Below, piece by piece: positions 29,001-37,950 of a stretch of DNA of 64,000 bases. Both the position numbers and the translations under genes were made by a program. The first letter of the stretch is position 1, and each line of letters opens with the position of its first letter. A model generated the notes under the pieces. That model made no database searches and was not told where the DNA came from. It was given only the letters and a program-made list of their open reading frames with translations. This stretch comes from a virus (taxonomy: Duplodnaviria > Caudoviricetes). The stretch covers positions 3,495 through 67,494 of the IMG/VR virus record IMGVR_UViG_3300011008_002721; one strand, 5' to 3'.

Positions 29001-32000
29001 TCCACAATCACCGTCCGTTTGCCGATGCATCCATTGAGACCAACGGCCTTGGCATCCAGTTCGCCTTTGCGTCCAAAAACCTCACTGACGATGATGCGGT
29101 GCTTATGGAGTGTCGTGACGGCAACAACGGAGCCGGCTTCTACGTGACCGGACGTGCCGTCGGCATTCAGGTGGGCAACACCAAGGAGGAACGTTTCTAC
29201 AAGCAGGGCGAGAAGGTCACTGTGGCTATTGTCGTGGAACCTGCGGCAGAAGGCATGGGCCAGACCCGTCAAGGAACGACATACTACTTCATGAAACTGT
29301 ATCTGAATGGTGAGGAGGTCGCGGCCATCGGCTACACCGCTGGGCAGTCCAACCTTATCCAGAACAGTCCCATCAAGATGTACGGTACGGAGGGTGACTT
29401 CTATCTGTTCTACGACCTTGCGTGGGAGGATTACTTCCTCTTTGACCAGGCATTCCAGAACTATCTGGTGAAACTCACCGATACGTCCGGCATGGCCGAT
29501 GAGTACGATTACGAGAATGTCATGGCATCGCAGGCCGTCACGGAGCTGGGCATCCTCACGACGAAACTCCGTCCGCAAGCTGCGGCTCTCGCAGAGCGCG
29601 GTATGCCGTATATCATCGAGTGCCCCTACAACGGCTCCAACATTGAGGCCCTTGATGAGACCACGAGCACCAAGACGAACAACTACGTCACGCTCTACTA
29701 CATCGACCCCAACCGTCCGTGGACAAACTTCGTTGCCTACGATGTGCGGCGCAGGAACCAGGGAACGACATCGGCAAAGCGTCCGGTGAAGAATCCCCGT
29801 TACTACCTCGCCCAGAAGAACGGCTCCACGTACAACAAGACCACCAAGACCGGAGGCACGCGCATCCAGCTCCTTTACACCCGTGAGCAGATTGTGGCTA
29901 TGGGCTACGACGGCGCACTGTGGGATAAGGCCGCTGCGCTTGCTGCCATCAACAAGGTACAGATTCACGAGAACTCCATCCCCGTGGACATCATCACCGT
30001 GAAGGTGGACTTCTCTGACAGCTCTAACGCCAACGACTGCGGCGTGTGCGACATGATGAACGCCACGTTCCGTGCTCTGGGCGGTCAGTACCTTACGCCA
30101 GCGCAGCGGGCCTATGACGGCACGTGGAAAAAGGGCAGTGTGGAGTTGGAAGGGCTGGTGATGAACCATTCCACGGCCAATTTCCCCATAGCCGTGTTCC
30201 GTTCCAAGAGCGAGGCAGGCTCCGAGCCGTATTTCCATACCAAGGGCAACTGGAAGGAGGATAAGAATGAGCAAACGGCCCTGGGCTTCATCGACACCCC
30301 CGGATACACCAAGGGATGCTTGAACTACGGTGACTTTATCGAGTTCTACGGGCTTGAGAACGAGACCCTTGCTGCAACAAAGGCGCGGTTCCTCTCAACT
30401 TCAGGACTGGACACCGAATCCACCTACATCCTCACCCAGTACTGCGGCCCGTCCTACATCGTGATGGAGCATAACGGCACGCAATGGGTGGAGCAGACTG
30501 GCTCGATGGTCCAGAACGCCAACGGCAAGTGGACCGTTACGGGCAAGGTGCTCAATCCCACCGACGGCTTTGAACTGCTGAACTATCAGGGAATGGACTG
30601 GTTCAAGGGTGTCGCGTCGCTCTCCGACATGATGGCTCCTTCCACTTCCTTCTCGAAATGGGTTCAGACCCTCATTGATGACGGTGACATTTCCATCCAG
30701 ACTGCCCCGGCGTGGACCTACTACTTTGAATCCCTCGTGGATGATGATGACCTTGCCATCGCTTACGCGCTCGGAAAGAAGGTTCCGTATAACCTCTACC
30801 GCTGGATGCTATTCTGCAATTCCTGCGACTACGACCAGTACGGTGCGTCCGCGCTTGCCCTGTGGCGTACCGACCTTTGGAAGTATGCTTCCCCTCATTC
30901 CTGCCTTGCCTACGACGTATTCACGGACTACGCGGCGGCAGTGGACCAGCGGGCGAAGAATATGCAGCCTATGTGGTTCCTTGAGGACGGTTGTAAGATT
31001 GTGAACGGTGTGTTCTACAATGCAGACAACGAGACCTACGAGGAGACCTCCGGAATGCTTCCAATGAGGATGTATCTTAACAAGGTCTATGACTGCGATA
31101 CCTGCAACGGCAAGGATAACGACGGTGGCCAGACCATTGACGCGGAGGTGGACCCGAACAAGATGCCGGACGGAACGTTCGTCAACCCTTATGCCGGGTA
31201 CAATTCCACTCTGTTCCGCAACATCTTCCTCCAGCAGGAGGTGTATGTCGATGCGGCAGGAACGCTGCTCAACCTCCAGACCGTCGCATCGGCCATGCGG
31301 TCCTGCACGGCCACAGTGGACGGCATCACGCTGCATCCTTTCTCGCCGGAAGGAGCGAAGCACTTCTTCATTGACACCCGCATTGCGAAGTGGCAGAAGA
31401 AAGTATCCTCCTACGACGGCGAGCGCAAGTACATCGACTTCACGTCCACCACTGCGGATACCCTCTACTTCTACGCCTTGCAGGGCCTTGGGCTTACATC
31501 CCTTCCGGCCTTCATCGAGCGCAGGTGGAGATACCGCGACGGATTCTACGGCACGGGAGACTTTTTCTCCGGCGTGCTCGCAGGGCGTGTCAATGCTCCG
31601 GCCGGAGCGACCATCCGCATCCGTGCGGCTAAGTCCGGATACTTCGGCATCGGCAACGATTCCTCCGGCTCCCTATCCGAGAAGGTCTATCTGGAAGCAG
31701 GGCAGGAGCACTCCTTTACCGATTTCTCCCGTGAGGAAGGTGCGCTTCTCTACATCTATCAAGCAGACCGTATGAGCATGATTGACCTTTCGCAAATCTC
31801 ACTGTCGGACAATTTCTCCTTCGGTGTGATGACACTTGCCGAGGAAATCATCCTTGGTAACGTGGGAAAGGCCGACCTTTCCATCCTCTCATACAACAAA
31901 CTGACGAACCTGCAACTGGGTGAACTGCCGTTCCTCAAGATACTCAACATCCGTGGGACCATCATCACGAATGTGGGTGCCGAGAACTGCCCCCGTCTGG

Positions 32001-34102
32001 AATCGCTCTATGCTGCCGGCTCCGCACTGACCCGTGCAGATGTTGCAGACGGTGCGAAGATCCAGACGATGGAACTCCCGTCAACGTACAATTACCTCAA
32101 ACTGCGCTATCTCCCGAACATGACGCTTTCCGGGCTGACACTGGCCAATCCTGCGTCCATCCGCACGCTCATCGTGGAGAATAATACAAAGATTGACAGT
32201 GGTACGTTGCTTCGTCAGATTGCGGGCACAACCGGCTCCGCGCTCAAGGTGGTGCGTGCCAATCCGGTGAACATTTCCGGTAATGGTGACGAACTGACAA
32301 CGTGGGAGGGGCTGGGCATGTCCGGTCTGGATGCGAACCTTACGGCGCAGGCAGACCCTGCCATTGTGGGTTCTTACCAACTCTCACGTTATCAAGAGGA
32401 GAGCGTGATTGCCGGATGGCAGGCGGCATTCCCCGAACTGGCGATTGCCAACACGCCTTGCACGGTGATTGAGTTCGACGATTCGGTGCAGGATGAGAAG
32501 AATATCTCAAACCTCGATAACAACACCGGATACAAGTTCGGCATCGCCTATGTTCCCTCCGGGCACGTAAACACCATCCTTGCCAAGCGTCACCGCGTAC
32601 TGGGCAAACTCCAGAACGATGGAGAGATGCTGCTTTGCCAACTTGACGATGAGGATTCCTCCAAGTACGCACTTGACGGCAGCGCGGCCAACCTCAAGGG
32701 AGACCGTGATGAATCCGCAGCGGATGAGGGTGACGTGTTCATGTTTGAGCCGCACTACTGGTACAAGGGTATCAACGACTACCTGAACAATAAGAAGTAC
32801 CAGGCGTACAGCTCCAACGCCACCACCCCGCAGGATGCCGGAAAGGATTCCGTGAAGGTGCCGCTCTCCTCTCTGACCTACTTCGAGGGGCACGGCTTAG
32901 CCGTATCCAATATGTCCGCCGGAGCAACGGTTGAGGACGGCATGGCATCTTATGTCTCATATAACGTCTATAAGATTGACGTGAGCGGAGTGAAGGTCAT
33001 CCGTTTCCCGGCCTGCGTGTCCGGAACCTACGGTGCGGCCTTCGCCAACTCCGCAGGTGAGTGCGTGAGCACGGTCCGTCTTGGCTCCCTCAACGGCTAC
33101 ACCAATGGTGACTATCTCTTTGCGGATGTCCCGTCCTCTGCGAAGTGGCTCTACTTCACCACGGTGCAGGCCCTCGATGCCAACTGTTTCGCCAACTACT
33201 GCGTCAAGGCGTACTCTACGGACATCACTGCCGTGGAGCCGGACTGGGTGGAACACGATGAGTGCGTCTGTGGCGTGTATGAGGCGAACTGCCAGAATGA
33301 CATCATGCGTTCTATCTCCGGAGTGAATTCAACCAACAACATGCAGTGCGGCCAGTACACCGAACTCGCTGCCGCCCGCAAGAGCGGCTCCGGCTTCCAG
33401 TGTGTTGACTACGAGATGTCCAAGGATGTTGCCAATCTGTTCTACGCCAAGTACGGCAGAAGGAATTCCCAGAAGCAGTGCGGCTACGGTACGGGAACGA
33501 CGGCTTCCGTCACCGGACGGACCAACTTCCTTGGTATGCTGGATACCGTCAATCCGAACGGTACAACCACCTACGGCTATTACTACAACTCCGGTGGCAC
33601 GCTTGTGTCTCTTGTAGCAGTCAACGTGATGGGCTACGAGAACTGGCAGGGAGATTCCGGAGAATGGTGCGACACCCGCAGGGTGGGCCTTGCCAACGGC
33701 GCGAGGGTGACTGATTCCCTCGGGACTGCACGGGCCACCAAGACTGGCGTATGGCAAATCAAGATGAACGACGGCACGACCCGCGAGGTCCAGGGCTGCA
33801 CCAACAGTGGTGCTTGGATTTCCAAGGTACATAACGGTCGCTTCATGGATGTGATTGCCACCTATACCAATGCAACGGAGGATACCAACTACTGCGACTG
33901 GGCTAATTATAGCAGCTCCAGCTCCCGTGTGGTGCTCCGGTCGAGCTACAACGCGTACGCGTATGGCGGCGTTGCGTATGCGAATGCAAACTACGATTCG
34001 TCGAGTGCGTACACGGACTATGGTTCCCGTCTTGCCTTCCGCGGCACATTCCGCTGGGCAAGCAGTGTGGCCGAATACAAGGCGGCACCGATGGCGGCGT
34101 AG
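26060..34102 (+). CDS. Large tail / receptor-binding protein, DGR target 1 (2680 aa)
   Basis: Beta-rich modules, CotH-like region ~29600-31500, LRR-like region ~31740-32280, C-terminal CLec/FGE-like domain ending in the VR (SRVVLRS...GSRLAF). Confidence 0.82.
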   Translation: MSDLRNLGVFESVDALWAAHPEGGKEGDYAFIGASEQSGTKYRWNKYDRIWEDADKVTQTTGKENKFVDGDATVNGKLNVGGNATFEGNLKVKGTLDAAKIKQPSVGLFSTLAALQAAYPNPEEGWWAVVGNNIPGEIYDVVNGAWHDTGNTGGGAEIDVSELLEPIEDDVVQLQEDLGNAEDAIDTLQSDVHDLETALDELLNGDVTSAIESFQEVLDFLSGITDEQSLTVLLTAMKNNIKKGYKFMGVATRNTIPATSTDDCPLFYLAITEGTYTNFYSGILRPAEDPEEEPENVPLSLEEGEIALFMPYTIGNSIWWRKSVLDIAKKSYVDAKVEELNDRMDNIGEEITRLDVPAAIYNPSVENPITGGGFYTLVDNEHPSLSAVHVAKANEKATKGLVMSFAISATVWKTYQFVGLTTDDVDWLNPDNWKDFGSLAAGSENYIIIDNLCGAPSVGDYYNLGSAVERLIAYQQSSGVTYAKRGLIISYLVAENTMETKMFNGAVSDFSEIGLWKDFGGGGSNVETSDEPEEDGEDAFSTGGAYTHLPATLNVDTETDGVVKIKMVNAGGEDVGDEIQFNVGTGGGGGGGGTIVSMAFQTSPLYGNAGGSFILRAAIKSVTTVGSEEQLNTIANVSIYDRDTNTLLRSINVNQASSADLNTFDFIFDISEYFAAAGVRRLRLVATDDAGNTGSRNVNVTAVDVTITSVQTLQYTASTALAVGGAAKSIPLYKFANNASDRGINAITEIFLDGEWQVLGQAVITDTYSHGISINPNNCLGQVLSHGAYPIRVHGVDVASGVVGNYLYSGIFVIDESSSTPLVVESWISKTVNPVVKLYETIVLQYAVYDPSSNSPTAQVFLDGQQVQSHTAYRSTVYTFKHQVTGVAFDGSVSQIVKVKCGTSSGPDASFLVSGSIIDAVLKDGAIYAFDFSNRSNDEADHTIESGGYTIVLNGSNWSTTGFGTFNGEKAVRIAEDVTAVHNHRPFADASIETNGLGIQFAFASKNLTDDDAVLMECRDGNNGAGFYVTGRAVGIQVGNTKEERFYKQGEKVTVAIVVEPAAEGMGQTRQGTTYYFMKLYLNGEEVAAIGYTAGQSNLIQNSPIKMYGTEGDFYLFYDLAWEDYFLFDQAFQNYLVKLTDTSGMADEYDYENVMASQAVTELGILTTKLRPQAAALAERGMPYIIECPYNGSNIEALDETTSTKTNNYVTLYYIDPNRPWTNFVAYDVRRRNQGTTSAKRPVKNPRYYLAQKNGSTYNKTTKTGGTRIQLLYTREQIVAMGYDGALWDKAAALAAINKVQIHENSIPVDIITVKVDFSDSSNANDCGVCDMMNATFRALGGQYLTPAQRAYDGTWKKGSVELEGLVMNHSTANFPIAVFRSKSEAGSEPYFHTKGNWKEDKNEQTALGFIDTPGYTKGCLNYGDFIEFYGLENETLAATKARFLSTSGLDTESTYILTQYCGPSYIVMEHNGTQWVEQTGSMVQNANGKWTVTGKVLNPTDGFELLNYQGMDWFKGVASLSDMMAPSTSFSKWVQTLIDDGDISIQTAPAWTYYFESLVDDDDLAIAYALGKKVPYNLYRWMLFCNSCDYDQYGASALALWRTDLWKYASPHSCLAYDVFTDYAAAVDQRAKNMQPMWFLEDGCKIVNGVFYNADNETYEETSGMLPMRMYLNKVYDCDTCNGKDNDGGQTIDAEVDPNKMPDGTFVNPYAGYNSTLFRNIFLQQEVYVDAAGTLLNLQTVASAMRSCTATVDGITLHPFSPEGAKHFFIDTRIAKWQKKVSSYDGERKYIDFTSTTADTLYFYALQGLGLTSLPAFIERRWRYRDGFYGTGDFFSGVLAGRVNAPAGATIRIRAAKSGYFGIGNDSSGSLSEKVYLEAGQEHSFTDFSREEGALLYIYQADRMSMIDLSQISLSDNFSFGVMTLAEEIILGNVGKADLSILSYNKLTNLQLGELPFLKILNIRGTIITNVGAENCPRLESLYAAGSALTRADVADGAKIQTMELPSTYNYLKLRYLPNMTLSGLTLANPASIRTLIVENNTKIDSGTLLRQIAGTTGSALKVVRANPVNISGNGDELTTWEGLGMSGLDANLTAQADPAIVGSYQLSRYQEESVIAGWQAAFPELAIANTPCTVIEFDDSVQDEKNISNLDNNTGYKFGIAYVPSGHVNTILAKRHRVLGKLQNDGEMLLCQLDDEDSSKYALDGSAANLKGDRDESAADEGDVFMFEPHYWYKGINDYLNNKKYQAYSSNATTPQDAGKDSVKVPLSSLTYFEGHGLAVSNMSAGATVEDGMASYVSYNVYKIDVSGVKVIRFPACVSGTYGAAFANSAGECVSTVRLGSLNGYTNGDYLFADVPSSAKWLYFTTVQALDANCFANYCVKAYSTDITAVEPDWVEHDECVCGVYEANCQNDIMRSISGVNSTNNMQCGQYTELAAARKSGSGFQCVDYEMSKDVANLFYAKYGRRNSQKQCGYGTGTTASVTGRTNFLGMLDTVNPNGTTTYGYYYNSGGTLVSLVAVNVMGYENWQGDSGEWCDTRRVGLANGARVTDSLGTARATKTGVWQIKMNDGTTREVQGCTNSGAWISKVHNGRFMDVIATYTNATEDTNYCDWANYSSSSSRVVLRSSYNAYAYGGVAYANANYDSSSAYTDYGSRLAFRGTFRWASSVAEYKAAPMAA
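33920..34039 (+). repeat. DGR variable repeat VR1
   Basis: 120 nt aligned without gaps to TR; 8 substitutions (5 A>T, 3 A>G) plus the terminal GCAAAC>GCCTTC difference, all at TR adenines. Confidence 0.96.
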
Positions 34103-34113
34103 ATTTGTGGGGA

Positions 34114-34149
34114 ATGCGGGACCGGCCGCTCAAAGTGGCCGTCCCGCAT
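34114..34149 (+). other. GC-rich hairpin between VR1 and TR
   Basis: ATGCGGGAC-C-GGCCGCT-CAA-AGTGGCC-GTCCCGCAT; a TAgaTTTG element at 34100-34107 lies just upstream. Confidence 0.7.
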
Positions 34150-34186
34150 CGGTCCCCGTTAATTGACATACTGGCAGATTCTCCCA

Positions 34187-34306
34187 AGCTCCCGTGTGGT
34201 GCTCCGGTCGAACAACAACGCGAACGCGAATGGCGGCGTTGCGTATGCGAATGCAAACAACGATTCGTCGAATGCGAACACGAACTATGGTTCCCGTCTT
34301 GCAAAC
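34187..34306 (+). repeat. DGR template repeat (TR)
   Basis: AAC/AAT-rich copy of both VRs, upstream of RT, ending GGTTCCCGTCTTGCAAAC (IMH*-like). Confidence 0.96.
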
Positions 34307-34548
34307 ATTGAGTAATAGATAAAAAGTGTTAGACGCTTTCGGGACATATCTTTGTCACAGAAGATTGTCTCTATGTGATGTGCCTACCGAATGGGAGGAC
34401 GTGTCCTCCGGATTGGTGCACAGGGAGATGAGCCACGGCAACAGCGGCATTGGGCCGGAAAGCCGAAACATATACCACGAGGCAGGGTTTAGTAGGGGCC
34501 ACCATGGCCAGCCGAACAAGCTGGGCCTCAAAAAATGAAGGCGTCAAA
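34307..34548 (+). ncRNA. TR-RT spacer, probable structured 3' part of the DGR RNA
   Basis: Probably non-coding; hairpins such as GGAGGA-CGTG-TCCTCC (34394-34409) and GGCCAGC...GCTGGGCC. Confidence 0.5.
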
Positions 34549-35979
34549 TTGAAACGGATAGGTAAGAAAGACAACATCATCGCCGAAATCGTTCAAGAGG
34601 AGCACCTGAACTACGCGATAGACCAGGTGTTGGACACGAAGAAGCGGCGGAATAGCCCGGGAGGGAGGAAGATTCTCCGGAACAGGCAGAAAGTTGTCGA
34701 GCGGCTGAAAAAGGAAATATCCGAAGGCACATTCATGCTGCATGGATACAGTGAGAGAGAAGTAAAGGACGGCCCGAAAATCCGCAAGGTGCAGTGTACC
34801 TGCCTTTATGACCGCATAGGGCTATATGCCATTATGGATGTGGTGGAGCGGCACGTAAAGAAAAAGTACATCACCACAACTGCCGCGAGCATAAAGGGGC
34901 GCGGAATGCACTACCTCTTGAATGCCTTGCGAAAAGACATCCGTGAGGACCCGGAAGGGATGTGGTTCTTTTATAAGAATGACATTAAGAAGTTCTATGA
35001 AAGCACCGACCAAGAAATCATGATGGAGGCTTTGCGGATGATTTTTAAGGACAGAATCCTTCTGACGATGTTGGAACGGTTCGTCCGGATGATGCCGCAA
35101 GGTGTTTCCATCGGCCTGCGCAGTTCGCAGGGGTTCGGAAACATGCTGCTCTCGGTCTTCCTGGATCACAGACTGAAAGACCAGATGGGAGTGAAGCACT
35201 ACTACCGATACTGTGACGATGGGGATTCCCACGCGAAGACTAAGCGTGAATGCTGGAAGATTCGCGACGCACAGCATCAATATGTGGCCGAAGCAAAGTT
35301 GAAGATAAAGGCCAATGAGGCGGTAAGACCTTTATCGGAAGGAGTTGACTTCCTCGGATATGTGATTTATCCGGACCATACGAGGCTGCGGAAACGAAAC
35401 AAGCAGAATGCAGCCCGCAAACTGCACAAGGTCAAGAGCCAGAAGCGTCGCGTTGAGATTGTCGGTTCGCTCTACGGCCAGTGCAAACACGGCGATTGCC
35501 GGAACTTATTCAGAACCTTAACGGGAATGAGTATGGAAGAATATAAAAGACTGAAGGATTACAAACTGAAGCCGCAGTATCCGGACGGAAAGAAGCGCTT
35601 CAACGTCAAGGAAATCAACATGGGGGATTTGCTCCGTGAGGAGTTCCTTGTGGTTGACTTTGAGACGGGCATTGTCACTGCTCCGCAGAAGAAGGATTAC
35701 CAGAAAAAAGTGGATGCGGCCTCCCGTGCCATGCAACGGTACATTGATGACGGTATCTCCATCCCGGCCAACTTCAAGCGCCCGGAGGACATCGAGATGC
35801 CGGAAGGCAAGCACATTGTTCTTATCCAGCGTTCCAACGGGGATTATCGCAAGTTCTACACGGGTGACCGCGAGAACTGGAGCATCCTTGAGCAGATGAG
35901 GAGACTTGGCCTGCCGATGTATTCCAACATCAAGGAAGTCCCGACGAAGTATGGTGTCCGTTATGTCTTCGACTATTAA
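34549..35979 (+). CDS. DGR reverse transcriptase with a C-terminal extension
   Basis: KGRGMH, KNDIKKFYES, SIGLRSSQGFGN and YYRYCDDG motifs; frame open from 34450, TTG 34549 (LKRIG) is the likelier start; about 160 extra aa after the RT domain. Confidence 0.93.
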   Translation: MKRIGKKDNIIAEIVQEEHLNYAIDQVLDTKKRRNSPGGRKILRNRQKVVERLKKEISEGTFMLHGYSEREVKDGPKIRKVQCTCLYDRIGLYAIMDVVERHVKKKYITTTAASIKGRGMHYLLNALRKDIREDPEGMWFFYKNDIKKFYESTDQEIMMEALRMIFKDRILLTMLERFVRMMPQGVSIGLRSSQGFGNMLLSVFLDHRLKDQMGVKHYYRYCDDGDSHAKTKRECWKIRDAQHQYVAEAKLKIKANEAVRPLSEGVDFLGYVIYPDHTRLRKRNKQNAARKLHKVKSQKRRVEIVGSLYGQCKHGDCRNLFRTLTGMSMEEYKRLKDYKLKPQYPDGKKRFNVKEINMGDLLREEFLVVDFETGIVTAPQKKDYQKKVDAASRAMQRYIDDGISIPANFKRPEDIEMPEGKHIVLIQRSNGDYRKFYTGDRENWSILEQMRRLGLPMYSNIKEVPTKYGVRYVFDY

Positions 35980-35991
35980 ACCTTGTATGAT

Positions 35992-36495
35992 ATGAATAGA
36001 GTATCAGGAGCTGAGCCGAAACCTCTCAGCGTTTTTAACAAGGTCAAGGGCACATACTCCGTTGCCGTTGACATCAAGCCGGACGAGCAGCAGGAAGGGC
36101 AGTTCACCTTTGTCCGGTACTTGTTCGACCACCTGCCAACTCTGGACGAAATCCGGCAGACAGTCAATGCTTACTACAATGAGGAGACGGATGCGGCCAT
36201 TGTCTCCGGATTTCGCTATGAGGATGTTCCGGTCTGGCTCTCCAGCGAGAATCAGTTCAACTTCAAGGCGGCATTCGACCTTGCAGTCCAGACGCAGGGC
36301 GCATCGCTTCCGGTGAAATTCAAGTTCGGGACGGTGCAGGTGCCGGTGTACCGGACATTCACGACAGTTGCAGACTTGCAGGCGTTTTACACTGCCGCCC
36401 TCGCCTATATCCAGAGCTGTCTGGAGGCGGGTTGGGCGAAGAAGGATGCCGTTGACTACTCGGTGTATAAACTTGATGAAGGAGAGGAGGAATAA
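35992..36495 (+). CDS. Tail fibre assembly-like protein (DUF4376-like C-terminus)
   Basis: 167 aa; WLSSENQFNFKAAFDL...LPVKFKFG pattern. Confidence 0.55.
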   Translation: MNRVSGAEPKPLSVFNKVKGTYSVAVDIKPDEQQEGQFTFVRYLFDHLPTLDEIRQTVNAYYNEETDAAIVSGFRYEDVPVWLSSENQFNFKAAFDLAVQTQGASLPVKFKFGTVQVPVYRTFTTVADLQAFYTAALAYIQSCLEAGWAKKDAVDYSVYKLDEGEEE

Positions 36496-36498
36496 GCC

Positions 36499-36978
36499 AT
36501 GACAACTTTATCTTCCGTCTCCATAGTAATGTTCAGAATGGTTGTACTTGTGATGCTGCTGGTACTGGCAGCAATGATTATCGACCTTGGCAGCGGACTG
36601 TACAAGGCAAAGCAACGCGGGGAACTCCGCACATCGGAGGCACTGCGGCGCACCCTCTCGAAGTTCATTTCATACGAGGGTGGGCTTGCCATTGCCGCTA
36701 TGGTCGATACGCTCATCAGTATGGCCAAGTTCTTTGAGCTGGTCGGCATCGGGAAACTCACGGAGGTTCCGGTGGTGACAATCCTCGTTGGCATCTTCCT
36801 TCTCATTGTTGAGTTCATGTCCGTCAGGGAGAAGGCCGACGAGAAGACAAAGAAGCAGCAGGCCGACACTGCCGCCATCCTTGCGAAACTCATCACCAAG
36901 GAGAACCTCAAGGAACTTATCGAGGCAATCAAGAACAATAACCTACCAACCCCAGAATCCAATGAAACAGTTGATTGA
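36499..36978 (+). CDS. Holin
   Basis: 159 aa with three hydrophobic segments and a charged C-terminus, heads the lysis cassette. Confidence 0.7.
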   Translation: MTTLSSVSIVMFRMVVLVMLLVLAAMIIDLGSGLYKAKQRGELRTSEALRRTLSKFISYEGGLAIAAMVDTLISMAKFFELVGIGKLTEVPVVTILVGIFLLIVEFMSVREKADEKTKKQQADTAAILAKLITKENLKELIEAIKNNNLPTPESNETVD

Positions 36979-37264
36979 GAAAATTATCGCTCTGCTCACC
37001 AAGCGGACCGACTACACGCTGCACTATCTGTGCTGCTTCCTCATCGTGGCAGTCCTCTACAACATCCTCTCCGGATGTCTGTTCTGGTGGGCCGCTCTCA
37101 TCTATGCCGCCATCATCACTGCCGTGGTGGGCATAGCGAAGGAACTCGTTGACAAATATGTCAGATGGCAGTTCATCGAGAAGGGAGACCTCATCGTCGA
37201 CGGAGCCGGCATCCTCACCTTTGTTGTCACCGTCCTTCTGGGATACCTTATCCGTCTGCTATGA
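36962..37264 (+). CDS. Small multi-pass membrane protein in the lysis cassette
   Basis: 100 aa, about three TM segments, ATGA-coupled to the amidase. Confidence 0.65.
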   Translation: MKQLIEKIIALLTKRTDYTLHYLCCFLIVAVLYNILSGCLFWWAALIYAAIITAVVGIAKELVDKYVRWQFIEKGDLIVDGAGILTFVVTVLLGYLIRLL

Positions 37265-37950
37265 TTAAGTTACCCATTATCCTCATCGACAACGGCCACG
37301 GCTGCAACACGCCTGGCAAATGCTCTCCGGACGCATCGAATGGCCGCAACGATTCTCCGCTCTACTTCAAGGAGTTCTCTTGGACGCGGATGTGCGCATG
37401 CGGTATCGTTGACGTTCTCACTGCGGAGGGATACTCTGCCTTCCTTCTGGTGAAGGAGAAGGAAGACGTGCCGCTCAAGGAGCGCACGGACCGTATCAAG
37501 ACGTTCTGCGCCCACTACGGTACGCAGAACGTCATTGTCGTGTCCATCCACGTGAATGCCGCCGGCAGCGACAAGCAGTGGCACGACGCACGGGGATTCT
37601 CCATCTACACATCCCCAGGCGTAACGAAGTCCGACAAGTTGGCCACCTGCATCTACAAGGCTGCGGAGGAGGAGCTGGTGAACCGTCAGTACGGCACGCC
37701 CTACGGAAACACCTTCGGCAAGGGGAAGCAGAAGCCGCTACGCTCCGACTGGTCGGACGGCGACCCGGACTACGAGGCGAAGTTCTGGATTCTAACGCAG
37801 CATCCGGCCACTGCCGTCCTTGCGGAGTTCATGTTTCAGGACAATAAGGAGGATGTGCGCTTCCTCCGCTCCGACAACGGTCTGGGAGCCTGCATCCAGC
37901 TCACGGTGCAGGGCATCGAGGATTACATCGAAAAGTACTGGAAGAAATGA
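37261..37950 (+). CDS. Endolysin, N-acetylmuramoyl-L-alanine amidase (Amidase_3)
   Basis: IDNGHG, KEF, VSIHVNA and AVLAEFMFQDN zinc-amidase motifs. Confidence 0.88.
   Translation: MIKLPIILIDNGHGCNTPGKCSPDASNGRNDSPLYFKEFSWTRMCACGIVDVLTAEGYSAFLLVKEKEDVPLKERTDRIKTFCAHYGTQNVIVVSIHVNAAGSDKQWHDARGFSIYTSPGVTKSDKLATCIYKAAEEELVNRQYGTPYGNTFGKGKQKPLRSDWSDGDPDYEAKFWILTQHPATAVLAEFMFQDNKEDVRFLRSDNGLGACIQLTVQGIEDYIEKYWKK

Larger units (their letters stand above)
33920..35979 (+). mobile_element. Diversity-generating retroelement core (VR1, hairpin, TR, spacer, RT)
   Basis: VR/TR pair with adenine-only mismatches followed by a YCDD reverse transcriptase. Confidence 0.96.

Noticed and set aside
34163-34315. 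TTG-started 50-aa ORF running through the TR
   Set aside because: An open frame is expected because the TR mirrors the coding VR; no independent sign of translation
34347-34354. TAtcTTTG in the TR-RT spacer and other isolated TAnnTTTG hits
   Set aside because: A six-fixed-base motif occurs by chance many times in 64 kb; kept only where position or extra structure supports it
34450-35979. RT as a group II intron or retron enzyme
   Set aside because: The adjacent TR and two VRs with adenine-only mismatches identify a DGR; no intron domain V or msr/msd pattern seen
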